Assembly (NCBI GenBank): GCA_963785235.1
Contig: CAWAUM010000010.1
Location: forward strand, 1-64,000
Direction of reading: 5' to 3'
DNA: 64,000 nucleotides
Source: an uncultured delta proteobacterium
GTDB taxonomy: Bacteria; Desulfobacterota; Desulfomonilia; UBA1062
Part shown: positions 9,233 through 18,871 of the stretch, one piece after another
Position numbering within the stretch: the stretch's first letter is position 1
Layout: the number at the start of each line of letters is the position of its first letter
Notes under the pieces: model-generated
What the model was told of the DNA's origin: nothing
Seen by the model: the letters and a program-made list of their open reading frames with translations, nothing else
The model's database searches: none
Program-made: the position numbers and the translations under genes

Positions 9233-10003
9233 ATGACCTTAACGACCAGGCACGGTACAACCATTGAAGTCATCAACTGCGGCAACTTCCTGCTGGATGG
9301 CGGCGGCATGTTCGGGCGGGTGCCCAAGGTTATGTGGGAGAGGTGGTTTCCCGCTGATGAGCAGAACCGGATAGTCATGGCCACCAATATCCTGCGCATC
9401 AACAAACAGGGAAAGACCTATCTCGTGGATACCGGTCTCGGATCACACTACACCAAAAAGGATTGGGACATCCTCGGCACCGGCATCGAACAGGTATGTC
9501 TCATGAAAGAACCGGTGGACTTTCTCATATGTACGCATCTCCACTTCGACCACTGCGGCGGCATACACGATATGACCGTGCGTTCCGAGGTGATCATCTC
9601 ACGCCTGGAGTGGGAAGACGCACACGGCAAGAGCCCCTTGAGCAAAGGGAGCTACCGTAAGGCCGATCTTGAACTTCTCGAAAAAAAGCTGCACCTGGTA
9701 GATCCACCCTGCTTAATAGCAGATGGCATAGAGGTTCTGGCAACCCCGGGACATACCCGCGGGCATGTGAGCGTGCTCATCGACGATGAAATTCTCTATC
9801 CGGGCGACCTCATCCCCACTGCCGCCCACGTGCATCTGCCCTGCATTATGGCCTATGACCTCTACCCCCTGGAGATACTCGAAACCAAGAAGAAGATCCT
9901 TCATGAGGCCATCCGGAAGGGATGGCAGCTTGTCTACGAGCACGACCCCTACCGGCCGGTCAGTCACATCGGTCTATCCAACAACAAATTCAAAGCACTG
10001 TAG
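9233..10003 (+). CDS. MBL-fold metallohydrolase (YtnP/lactonase-like)
   Basis: LDGG.MFG.VPK..W, THLHFDHCGG, TPGHT.GH, GDL.P, HDP. Confidence 0.85.
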   Translation: MTLTTRHGTTIEVINCGNFLLDGGGMFGRVPKVMWERWFPADEQNRIVMATNILRINKQGKTYLVDTGLGSHYTKKDWDILGTGIEQVCLMKEPVDFLICTHLHFDHCGGIHDMTVRSEVIISRLEWEDAHGKSPLSKGSYRKADLELLEKKLHLVDPPCLIADGIEVLATPGHTRGHVSVLIDDEILYPGDLIPTAAHVHLPCIMAYDLYPLEILETKKKILHEAIRKGWQLVYEHDPYRPVSHIGLSNNKFKAL

Positions 10004-10082
10004 CCTTATTCCCATCATCAAACACCATAAAAATATCCCTTGACAGGAGGGGGCATTTATCATAATAGACCGCGTTGAATTT

Positions 10083-10098
10083 GTTTACTACAATAAAC
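10083..10098. promoter_or_regulatory. Putative operator for the XRE-cupin regulator
   Basis: Near-palindrome GTTTACTACAATAAAC between a TTGACA box (10040) and the regulator start. Confidence 0.45.
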
Positions 10099-10131
10099 TC
10101 CAAGATACACTTAAAGCGATTCGAGAAAGAA

Positions 10132-10670
10132 ATGAATGTTGGTGAAAAGATAAAAAACCTGAGGCTGGCCCAAGGTCTTACCCAGGAAGATCTTGCCAAC
10201 AGGGCTGACCTTACCAAAGGTTTCATTTCGCTTTTGGAGCGCGACCTCCAGTCTCCATCCCTGGACACCATGGAGCTTATCCTGAATGCACTTGATACCA
10301 ATGCCGGAGAGTTTTTCGCAGAGGAAGGCCGGGATGTAGTGGTGTTCAGCCGCAAACAGCGTGTCACCATTGAAGAGGAAGACGGCAGTGAAGCGGGAGG
10401 TGCTCATCGCCGCAGCCCAGGACCGGGAAGTGGACATGCTCCTGGTGACCATTGCCCCGGGTGCAGGCACCGAACCCGAGAGGGCCCACTACGGTGACGA
10501 ATGCGGGATAGTGCTCATGGGCAAGATCATCATAAACCTTGGCAAAGAGGCCTACAGTCGCCCAGGCAGGCGATGCATTCTATTACACGGCAAACAAGAA
10601 ACACTCTCTTGAGAACAAATCAGACAAAACGGCAAAGATCCTGTGGATCTCTGCCCCACCGAGCTTCTAA
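10132..10670 (+). CDS. XRE HTH-cupin transcriptional regulator (PuuR-like), split by two +1 indels
   Basis: HTH GEKIKNLR...LTQEDLA.RADLTKGFIS.LER, cupin H.GDECG.V..G, C-terminus KILWISAPPSF*. Frameshifts near 10387 and 10556. Confidence 0.8.
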
Positions 10671-10695
10671 GAAAGGGGGGTGGCTTTAACGTACT

Positions 10696-11547
10696 ATGAG
10701 CACCTTTATGGCTTCAAAGCCCGACGGGGCCATCTGTCTCTTCGGCGCGCCTTTTGATTCCACTTCAAGCTTCCGTCCAGGGTCCCGTTTCGGGCCCGGT
10801 GCCATCCGTGAGGCCTCCTATGGTCTGGAGACCTTCTCGCCCATCCAGATCGCTGACCTGGAAGACTGTTCCTTCATGGACAAGGGCGACCTGGAGCTCC
10901 CCTTCGGCGACCCGAACCCTGCGCTTGCGCTCATTGAAGAAACCACACAACATATCTTATCCGACAGAAAGACCCCTTTCCTCCTGGGCGGAGAGCACCT
11001 GGTGAGTCTGGGCGCCATCCGTGCCGCTGCAAAGGTGTACCCCGAGCTGAAGGTCATCCACCTGGACGCCCATGCAGACCTGCGGGAAGAATACCTGGGC
11101 CAGAGGCTGTCGCATGCCACGGTCATGCGCCGGGTTCTGGACCTCCTGGGCCCTGAGAGCGTACGGCAGATTGGCATCCGCTCATGCACAAGGCAGGAGC
11201 ATGTCCTTGTGTGCGATATGATCTCCCTGCCCGAGCAGATTGCCTTGAGAACAGGGACCAAGCCCTGTTACCTCACCTGCGACCTGGACATTCTGGATCC
11301 GTCGGTCTTTCCCGGCACAGGCACCCCGGAGCCCGGCGGACTCATGTTTCATGAACTGATCACCATCCTGATCTCGATCATAACCAGACTTCACATTGTG
11401 GGCATCGATGTTGTTGAACTCGCCCCACAGCTTGACCCAACAGGGGTCTCTGCAATTGTGGCCGCCAAGGTTGTGAGGGAGTGCCTTATAGCGCTTGGAC
11501 GCACGGAAACTTGCCATAAATGCATCAAGATAGGAGACATGTCATGA
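10696..11547 (+). CDS. speB: Agmatinase
   Basis: GAPFD...RPGSRFGP, GGEH, DAHAD, DLD.LDP...PGTGTPEPGG. Confidence 0.92.
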   Translation: MSTFMASKPDGAICLFGAPFDSTSSFRPGSRFGPGAIREASYGLETFSPIQIADLEDCSFMDKGDLELPFGDPNPALALIEETTQHILSDRKTPFLLGGEHLVSLGAIRAAAKVYPELKVIHLDAHADLREEYLGQRLSHATVMRRVLDLLGPESVRQIGIRSCTRQEHVLVCDMISLPEQIALRTGTKPCYLTCDLDILDPSVFPGTGTPEPGGLMFHELITILISIITRLHIVGIDVVELAPQLDPTGVSAIVAAKVVRECLIALGRTETCHKCIKIGDMS

Positions 11548-12753
11548 ATAACATCCTCATCATCGGAGCCGGATCGGCAGGATCCGTGGTGGCCAAGAAA
11601 TGTGCCATGAACCGCGATGTCTTCAAGAAGATTCACCTGGCGTCAAGAACGCTGGAAAAGTGCCTCAAGGTCCAGAAGGAATGCAAATCCGATATCACCA
11701 TATCACAGCTTGGATGCAGACGATACAGCGCAGGTTATCCGTTTGATTGAAGAACAAAAACCGGATCTCGTTGTGAACATGGCGCTGCCATATCAGGACC
11801 TGCCTGTCATGGATGCCTGCCTCGCCACAGGTGTTCACTACCTGGACACGGCCAATTATGAGCCCAAGGACGAGGCCAAGTTCAGCTATACATGGCAGTG
11901 GGCCTATCAGGACCGCTTCCGCGACAAAGGCATCATGGCCGTGCTCGGCTGCGGCTTTGACCCGGGCGTGATCAGCATATACTGCGCCTATGCCCAGAAG
12001 AACCTGTTCGATGAAATCAGCACCATCGACATCATTGACTGCAATGACGGCAGCCACGGCAAGGCCTTTGCCACCAATTTCAACCCGGAGATCAATATCC
12101 GAGAGGTCACCCAGCGCGGCAAGTATTGGAAAAACGGGAAATGGATCGAGATCGACCCCTTAAGCATTTCCTGCATGATCGATTACCCGTAGGTGGGTCC
12201 GCGCAAATCCTATCTGATCTATCATGAGGAAGAGGAATCGCTGGTTCAGAATATCCACGGCCTCAAGCAGATCCGTTTCTGGATGACCTTTTCGGACAAC
12301 TACATCAAGCACCTGGAGGTCCTGCAGAACGTCGGCATGACGAGGATCGACCCGGTCATGTACAACGGTGTTGAAATTATCCCGCTGCAGTTCCTCAAGC
12401 ACCTCCTCCCGGAGCCTTCTTCCCTGGCCGAGAACTACACCGGAAAGACCTCCATCGGGTGCATCCTGCGGGGCGTGAAAGACGGCAAGCCGGTGGAGTA
12501 CATCATCTACAATGTGTGCGATCATGCCGAATGCAACCGCGAACTGGGCGCCCAGGCCGTGTCATATACCACAGGCGTTCCTGCCATGACAGGGGCCATG
12601 ATGATGATGAAAGGTATCTGGAGCGGCAAGGGCGTGTTCAATGTCGAGCAGCTTGATCCGGAGCCTTTCCTCGAAGAGGTTGCACGCCAGGGCCTGCCCT
12701 GGCATGTCCTGAAGCTCGACGCCCAGGCATACAAGGAACTTGCTGCGATATGA
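11544..12753 (+). CDS. Carboxy(nor)spermidine dehydrogenase (saccharopine dehydrogenase family); frameshift near 11712 and in-frame TAG at 12190-12192
   Basis: IIGAG, YLDTANYE, GCGFDPG, FATNFNPEINIRE, HEE.ESL, QAVSYTTGVPA, spread over three track ORFs. Confidence 0.88.
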
Positions 12754-13918
12754 ACGCGGCCTTGCCGCAGCTCCTCCATGCGGTACTCTCACAGATAACC
12801 ACACCTGCCTACGTGGCTGATATGGCCGTTCTGAAAAAGAACATGGCAACGGCGGCCCATATCCGTGCTGCAGCCGGATGCCGTATTCTTCTGGCAATGA
12901 AGGCCTTTGCAATGCCTGCCGTATTCCCCCTGATGCGCCAGTCGCTGGACGGCACGACGGCCAGCGGCCTCTATGAAGCGCGCCTCGGCAAAGAGGAATT
13001 CGGCAAGGAAGTACATGTCTATTCCCCGGCCTATACGGAAAGCACCCTGGGCGAGCTGTTGCAGATTGCCGATCATATCTATTTCAATTCCGTCACGCAG
13101 ATTCAACGTTTTCTCCCTTCCGTGAAGGCCGCAGGGCCGGACAAGAAGGTCGGCATCCGCATCAATCCCGGTTATTCAAATGCAACCCTGGGCGGCCATC
13201 TCTACGATCCCTGCTCACCGGGCTGCCGCTTCGGCGTTGTCCGCGCCGAGCTCGATAAGCTTGACTGGGACAAAATCGATATCCTTCATGTCCATGCCTT
13301 GTGCGAATCCCTGCATGATGGTTCCGTGGGCCTCATCAACCATGTTGCCAGAGAATTCGCCCCGTACATCAAGCGAGTGAAGGCTGTCAACTTCGGCGGC
13401 GGGCATTTCATCAATAAATCAGGGTATGATGTAGAGGCCCTTATCAACGCCATCAAAGATTTCCGCGCCGCCTTCCCTGTCGAGGTGATACTGGAACCCG
13501 GGAGCGGCCTCGTCGTCGATGCCGGCTATCTGGTGGCGACGGTGCTGGATATCGTTCACAACGAAAAGGCAATCGCCATCCTGGATGCCTCTGCCTCCTG
13601 CCACATGCCCGATGTCCTGGAAGTGCCGTACACACCGCCGCTCTACGGCGCTGCGGCTGTGGGCGTTCACCCCTACACCTACACCCTTGCCGGCAACACC
13701 TGCATGGCAGGCGATGTCATCGGCGAATATTCATTTAAGGAGCCCCTGAAAGCTGGAGACAAGCTCGTCTTCGGCGATATGCTCCAGTACAGCTTCGTGA
13801 AGAACAATACCTTCAACGGCACGCCCCTGCCCGATCTCGCCCTGCTGCATGAAGACGGCAGCCTACGAAGATCGTGCGCCGGTTCGGGTATGATGATTTC
13901 AAAAGGAGACTGGGATAA
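12750..13918 (+). CDS. nspC: Carboxynorspermidine decarboxylase
   Basis: TPAYV, LA.KAF, YDPC.PG.RFG, N.GGGH, LEPG, HMPDVLE, VKNNTFNG.PLP. The expected C-terminus IVRRFGYDDFKRRLG* (TAA 13916-13918) is in another frame after indels at about 13862-13869. Confidence 0.88.
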
Positions 13919-13919
13919 T

Positions 13920-15839
13920 ATGAAACAGAAACATACCATGGAACGATGGACAGTGGAAGATTCCGCTGACCTGTACCAGATACGGGAATGGGGAGCCGGA
14001 TACTTCAGTATTTCCGAAAAAGGGGATGTGGTGGTCACACCGCGCAGAGACAAAAAAGATGTATCCGTCAATCTTCCTGAAATCATATCCGGGATCATGG
14101 CACGTGGTTATGACATGCCCATGCTTCTTCGTTTCGAAGACATCCTGGAATCCCAGATCATCCAGATGCACGAGAGTTTCCGCACGGCAATAGCCAAGTT
14201 CGATTACAAGGGGGAATTCAAAGGGGTCTACCCCATCAAGGTGAACCAGCAGAAACAGGTGATCGAAACCATCACCCGCATCGGTAAATTCTATCATCAC
14301 GGACTCGAAGCCGGCAGCAAGGCCGAACTGATCGCGGCCCTGTCCTTTCTGGATGACAAGGAAGCCTGCCTGGTCTGCAACGGCTACAAGGACCGGGAAT
14401 TCATCGATCTCGGACTGTATGCGTGCAAGATGGGATTCAAGTGTTTCTTCGTGCTGGAAATGCCCGGCGAGCTGGACCTGATCCTGGAACGGTCAAAGGC
14501 ACTGGGAATCAAGCCCCTTCTGGGTGTCCGCCTGAAGCTTTCCACCCAGGCCGGAGGGCACTGGACCGAATCCGGCGGCGACCGGAGTATTTTCGGCCTG
14601 ACCATCTCCCAGATCATCGAAGCCATCGAGAAACTCAAAAAAGTCAACATGCTGGACTGCCTCCAGCTTCTCCATTATCATCTGGGTTCCCAGATTCCCA
14701 ATATCCGGGATATCCGGGCCTCCATCCAGGAAGCCTGCCGGGTGTATGCCGGCCTTGTGCTCGAAGGCGCCCCCATGGGCTATTTCGATCTGGGCGGCGG
14801 CCTTGCCGTGGATTATGACGGCTCCCACACCAATTACATGAACTCACGCAACTACACCCTGGATGAATACTGCGCCGACGTGATCGAAGCCATCATGGAA
14901 ATCCTGAATGAACACGACATCGCCCACCCCACCATCATCACCGAATCGGGCCGGGCAACAGTGGCTTATTACTCGGTTCTGCTGTTCAATATCTTCGACA
15001 CCAGTTCCATCGACACGGATTCCGTGCCCAAGGAATTGCCCGAGGATACCCCGGACATCATCCTGAACATGCTGGAGGTGCTCAAATCACTGACTGTCCG
15101 GAATCTCCAGGAATGCTACAACGACGCGCTGTATTACCGGGATGAGATCCGCCAGATGTTCAAAATCGGAGACCTGACCATGAGGCAGCGCGCCCTGGGC
15201 GATAAGATATTCTGGAACATTATCCAGGCCGTGACCGACAACATCAAAGACCTGAAATTCGTGCCCAAGGATCTGATCGATATCGACACCGCCCTGTGCG
15301 ACACCTATTACGCCAATTTCAGTGTATTCCAGTCCCTGCCCGATTCCTGGGCCATCGGCTATCTTTTTCCGGTGATGCCGGTGCACCGTCTGGATGAGAT
15401 GCCGGAGAGAAACGCCATCCTTGCTGATATCACCTGCGACTCGGATGGAAAAATCGATCGTTTCATCGACAAACAGGGTTTCCGCAGTGCCTTGTCGCTC
15501 CATACAATCAGGGAAAATGAGGACTATTACCTGGGCGTCTTTCTGGTGGGGGCTTATCAGGAAACCCTGGGAGACCTCCACAACCTTATGGGCGACACCA
15601 ATGTGGTGAGCATCCGTGTGCATGAAGATGGAAGCTACAGTTTTGTCAAGGAAATCGAAGGGGATTCGGTGGCCGATGTCCTGTCATACGTGGAATACGA
15701 ACCGAAAACCATGACCAAACAGTTCAGGGCCACGGCGGAGCAGGCCATCCAGGAAAACCTGATCACACCCCAGGAACGCCGGGAAATAATGAAGATGTAT
15801 GAAGAGGGCTTAAGGGGCTATCCCTATTTTGAACAATAG
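13920..15839 (+). CDS. speA: Biosynthetic arginine decarboxylase
   Basis: LY.I..WG.GYF, VYPIKVNQ, GLEAGSKAEL, HLGSQI, DLGGGLAVDYDG, TCDSDG, GAYQE.LGDLHNL. Confidence 0.93.
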   Translation: MKQKHTMERWTVEDSADLYQIREWGAGYFSISEKGDVVVTPRRDKKDVSVNLPEIISGIMARGYDMPMLLRFEDILESQIIQMHESFRTAIAKFDYKGEFKGVYPIKVNQQKQVIETITRIGKFYHHGLEAGSKAELIAALSFLDDKEACLVCNGYKDREFIDLGLYACKMGFKCFFVLEMPGELDLILERSKALGIKPLLGVRLKLSTQAGGHWTESGGDRSIFGLTISQIIEAIEKLKKVNMLDCLQLLHYHLGSQIPNIRDIRASIQEACRVYAGLVLEGAPMGYFDLGGGLAVDYDGSHTNYMNSRNYTLDEYCADVIEAIMEILNEHDIAHPTIITESGRATVAYYSVLLFNIFDTSSIDTDSVPKELPEDTPDIILNMLEVLKSLTVRNLQECYNDALYYRDEIRQMFKIGDLTMRQRALGDKIFWNIIQAVTDNIKDLKFVPKDLIDIDTALCDTYYANFSVFQSLPDSWAIGYLFPVMPVHRLDEMPERNAILADITCDSDGKIDRFIDKQGFRSALSLHTIRENEDYYLGVFLVGAYQETLGDLHNLMGDTNVVSIRVHEDGSYSFVKEIEGDSVADVLSYVEYEPKTMTKQFRATAEQAIQENLITPQERREIMKMYEEGLRGYPYFEQ

Positions 15840-15871
15840 GGACAAACACACATAAGGAACCATGCAATGGT

Positions 15872-16540
15872 ATGGTTATGATAAACGGTATGACCAGTAT
15901 GGGCACCCGGAACAAACTTTACCGGACCGCCAATACCCTGGCTTTGATCACGATCTTCTATAATATCCTGGAAGGGCTGTTCTCAGTCGGGTTCGGCATG
16001 GCGGATGAGGCCTTTACGCTTTTCGGCTTCGGGCTGGATTCATTTGTGGAAGTCATTTCGGGTATCGGGGTCTGGCACATGATCAGGCGCATCCAGAGGG
16101 CCGGAGATGGCAGCCCGGATGCCTTCGAACAACGGGCATTGAAAATTACCGGCACTGCCTTTTATATCCTGGCAATCGGGCTCATCATTACGGGCCTGCT
16201 GAATCTGATCCTGGGACACAAACCCGAAACCACCTTCTGGGGCATCGTCATTGCCCTGGTATCGATCGCCTCCATGTGGCTCTTAATCCATTACAAGGTC
16301 AAAGTAGGCAGCGAGCTTCAATCTCAAGCCATCCTGGCCGATGCAGCGTGCACCCGAACATGCCTGTATCTCTCGGTCGTTCTGCTGCTTGCCAGCGCGG
16401 GCTTTGAACTGACAGGCATCGGTGGCCTGGATGCCGCAGGCGCCGTCGTGATCGCCGGCTTTGCGTTGCGTGAAGGACGCGAGGCCTTCGAAAAGGCCAG
16501 AGGCGGGGTCTGCACATGTTCAGGGTGTCATAAGGATTAG
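15872..16540 (+). CDS. Cation diffusion facilitator-like transporter (TM domain only)
   Basis: YN..EG, L.GFGLDS..E, AILADA..T..C.YLS, C-terminal CxC. Confidence 0.75.
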   Translation: MVMINGMTSMGTRNKLYRTANTLALITIFYNILEGLFSVGFGMADEAFTLFGFGLDSFVEVISGIGVWHMIRRIQRAGDGSPDAFEQRALKITGTAFYILAIGLIITGLLNLILGHKPETTFWGIVIALVSIASMWLLIHYKVKVGSELQSQAILADAACTRTCLYLSVVLLLASAGFELTGIGGLDAAGAVVIAGFALREGREAFEKARGGVCTCSGCHKD

Positions 16541-16635
16541 CCGTTACTGACAAAGGCAGAGATTTCTACTATTTCATCTCAGTTTTAGTAAGAAAGCGAT
16601 CATCTCTTACAGTTATGGGGCCAATGAAAACCCGG

Positions 16636-16974
16636 CTACATTCCCATTGGCCCTTCAAGTAGGCGCCGTAGCAACAAAGACTGCATATCTCGACGCCCAT
16701 CTACGATCAAGAGGACATAGACGTTTTTCCCCATAACCCGGTAAATTATGCGGTAAGGTTTAAATAAAATCTCACGATACTCACGAATACCCAGTGCCAT
16801 CAGGTCCTTGGGATATGCTCCGCGCTCTGGGTTTTCGGACAGGCTGGTGATGGCTTTTTCAATCTTCCCTAGAACATGATCTGCTTTACCCGTCACATCA
16901 TGCAGCTCGATGTAGCCATAGAGTTCGTCCAGGTCAAGTGCTGCATCATCGGTTAGAAAAACCGAGAACGGCAT
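16636..16974 (-). CDS. ParE/RelE-family toxin
   Basis: A..DLDEL..YI, L.E.PERG, YRE...KPYRIIYRV, DGRRD. Confidence 0.85.
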   Translation of the reverse strand: MPFSVFLTDDAALDLDELYGYIELHDVTGKADHVLGKIEKAITSLSENPERGAYPKDLMALGIREYREILFKPYRIIYRVMGKNVYVLLIVDGRRDMQSLLLRRLLEGPMGM

Positions 16975-17249
16975 TAACGAGACTTCCTACGCTCGCGTAG
17001 CTGTTTCATGACATCAGCGGCGGGCTGAACCTTGCCTTCTTCAATCCGGCGGTTGCCCAGTGCCAAGATTTTCAGCAGTGCCATGGTCTCCAGAGTTTTT
17101 TCATAACTTTCTATGTCCTGGATGACCACCTTGGCTTCGCCGTTCTGGGTGATGATCAACGGCTCTCGCTGACTGCCCATATTACGCACGATTTCGGCAG
17201 CATGAGCCTTCATGTAACTGATCGGTTTGATCTGACGGGACAGCTTCAT
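16974..17249 (-). CDS. Phd/YefM-family antitoxin
   Basis: IKPISY.KAHAAE...PLIITQNGEAK.V.QDI.SYE. Confidence 0.88.
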   Translation of the reverse strand: MKLSRQIKPISYMKAHAAEIVRNMGSQREPLIITQNGEAKVVIQDIESYEKTLETMALLKILALGNRRIEEGKVQPAADVMKQLRERRKSR

Positions 17250-17269
17250 GGTTCACCTCTTTTCCATGC

Positions 17270-17306
17270 ATGACTAAATATAGTCCTTTAATAGGTCGAT
17301 TGTCAA
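17270..17306 (-). promoter_or_regulatory. TA promoter/operator
   Basis: Minus strand TTGACA-N18-TATATT overlapping the palindrome GACTATATTTAGTC. Confidence 0.5.
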
Positions 17307-17345
17307 TGAAGATGGATTGGTGCTGAAATCAAAACATTACCCATA

Positions 17346-17593
17346 GGACCAATTGCAAATTGCGCGGAATGTCATCCCCTCGGTATCTTCGAACCCAGTC
17401 TTTTCAAGAACTTCTGGACCCCCGCTTTCGCGGCTTTCGCAAAAGGATGTTTTTTTGTCGTCCCCGCGAAAGCGGGACCAGGGATCCTAATAAATACTGG
17501 ATTCGAAGCTTTCGCGGGAATGACAGATAATAACATATGCGACAGCCTCTTTCGCGTGGGTGAAACCTTTTTTTGAGTTTTGCAATTTGATCC
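17346..17593. mobile_element. Composite, degenerate MITE with dRS3-like CCCGCGAAAGCGGG palindromes
   Basis: Imperfect terminal IRs GGACCAATTGCAAA / TTTGCAATTTGATCC. Internal 17395-17433 is a near-exact reverse complement of part of the 22-kb element. Confidence 0.65.
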
Positions 17594-17734
17594 ATAGAAT
17601 GATTACTTTAAAACTGTACAATTTCCCTAAACTAGACCAGCTGCTGATCTCTGAAATTTATCTATCATAAATTCCCTTCACAGATCCTTGACAATCTTGT
17701 CCTTACAATGCAATAGATTTTTCTGGAGGTTTTC

Positions 17735-17908
17735 ATGCCTATTGACAAAGAATTACTTGATATCCTGGTCTGCCCCAAGTGCAAGGGCGAGCTCATTTTA
17801 GAAAAGGATGAGAGCGGGCTCATCTGCAATGCCTGCAAGCTGAAATACCGCATAGAGGACGAGATCCCGATCATGCTCATCGATGAGGCCATAGCACTGG
17901 ACAAATAA
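17735..17908 (+). CDS. Trm112/YcaR-family small protein
   Basis: Below the track cutoff. MPIDKELLDILVCPKCKGEL...LICNAC.L.Y.IEDEIPIML.DEA, with a GGAGG RBS. Confidence 0.9.
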   Translation: MPIDKELLDILVCPKCKGELILEKDESGLICNACKLKYRIEDEIPIMLIDEAIALDK

Positions 17909-18712
17909 ATGGACAAAGAAACCATTGCGGCCGAGGCACTTCAGGCCTTTGAAGGTGCACAGGCAGCCGTCATCCTCGGCACAGGACTCGGCGTCATGGA
18001 ACGGGAAATTGCTGTCAGCAGTTCCATCCCCTACTCCGAGATCCCTGGTTTTCCTCAATCCACGGTCACCAGTCATGCAGGCGCTCTGCTGAAGGGCTCC
18101 CTGGGCGGCAAAGATATCGTGGTCATGAGCGGCCGCTTTCACCTCTATGAAGGGTACTCGGCTGAAGAGATAACGTTGCCTATCCGGGTCTTCAAACTCC
18201 TGGGCATCAAGAACCTGCTCATCTCAAACGCTGCAGGCGGGCTCAGGAAGGCCCTTTTGCCCGGCAGCGCCATGCTCATCACAGACCACATGAACCTCAC
18301 GGGCCGCAATCCCCTGGTGGGCGCCAACAAAGACCGGTTCGGCCCGCGCTTCCCTGATATGACACAGCCCTACTCCAAACGGCTGAATAACCTGGCGAGA
18401 AAGTGTGCCAAGGAAAAATCCATCCGATTACACGAAGGCGTGTATGTCCAGGTCATGGGCCCGTCCATGGAAACCGCTGCCGAGACCTGGATGCTGCAGA
18501 GAATCGGTGCAGACGCTGTGGGCATGTCCACGGTCATGGAGGTGATCCAGGCAGTGCACTGCGGCATGGAGGTGCTTGCCATATCGGCCATTACCAACAA
18601 CAACGACCCTGAGTGCTATCTGAGCGTACCAATCGAGACGGTCATTGCCATGGCTGAAAAGGCAGGGCCGAATATCGCGGACATCTTCAAAGGGGTGCTT
18701 TCCTCACTGTGA
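17909..18712 (+). CDS. punA: Purine-nucleoside phosphorylase (family 2)
   Basis: ILGTGLG, Y.EIP.FP.STV..HAG, GRFH.YEGY, NAAGG, GPRFPDM, GPS.ET.AE, GADAVGMST. Confidence 0.9.
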   Translation: MDKETIAAEALQAFEGAQAAVILGTGLGVMEREIAVSSSIPYSEIPGFPQSTVTSHAGALLKGSLGGKDIVVMSGRFHLYEGYSAEEITLPIRVFKLLGIKNLLISNAAGGLRKALLPGSAMLITDHMNLTGRNPLVGANKDRFGPRFPDMTQPYSKRLNNLARKCAKEKSIRLHEGVYVQVMGPSMETAAETWMLQRIGADAVGMSTVMEVIQAVHCGMEVLAISAITNNNDPECYLSVPIETVIAMAEKAGPNIADIFKGVLSSL

Positions 18713-18777
18713 CATCGACAGTTCAGCAGTAACCATGCAGTTGCATCTTTATCCAGCTCATCATGCTAAAACATTGA

Positions 18778-18828
18778 ACCGTACAGATCTGTTGAGTTCC
18801 TCGGAGGAACTCAACAGATCTGTACGGT
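18778..18828. repeat. Perfect 51-bp palindrome (25-bp arms, 1-nt centre) between convergent genes
   Basis: ACCGTACAGATCTGTTGAGTTCCTC-G-GAGGAACTCAACAGATCTGTACGGT. Confidence 0.9.
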
Positions 18829-18871
18829 CTAAGAAAAACACCTCTTTAACGCTTTAACGCAAAATCCGGGT

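Noticed and set aside
12750-15839. Apparent 1029-aa NspC-SpeA double-decarboxylase fusion
   Set aside because: The expected NspC C-terminus (IVRRFGYDDFKRRLG*) is present in another frame ending at 13918, followed directly by the speA ATG at 13920. Two extra bases near 13862-13869 create the fusion.
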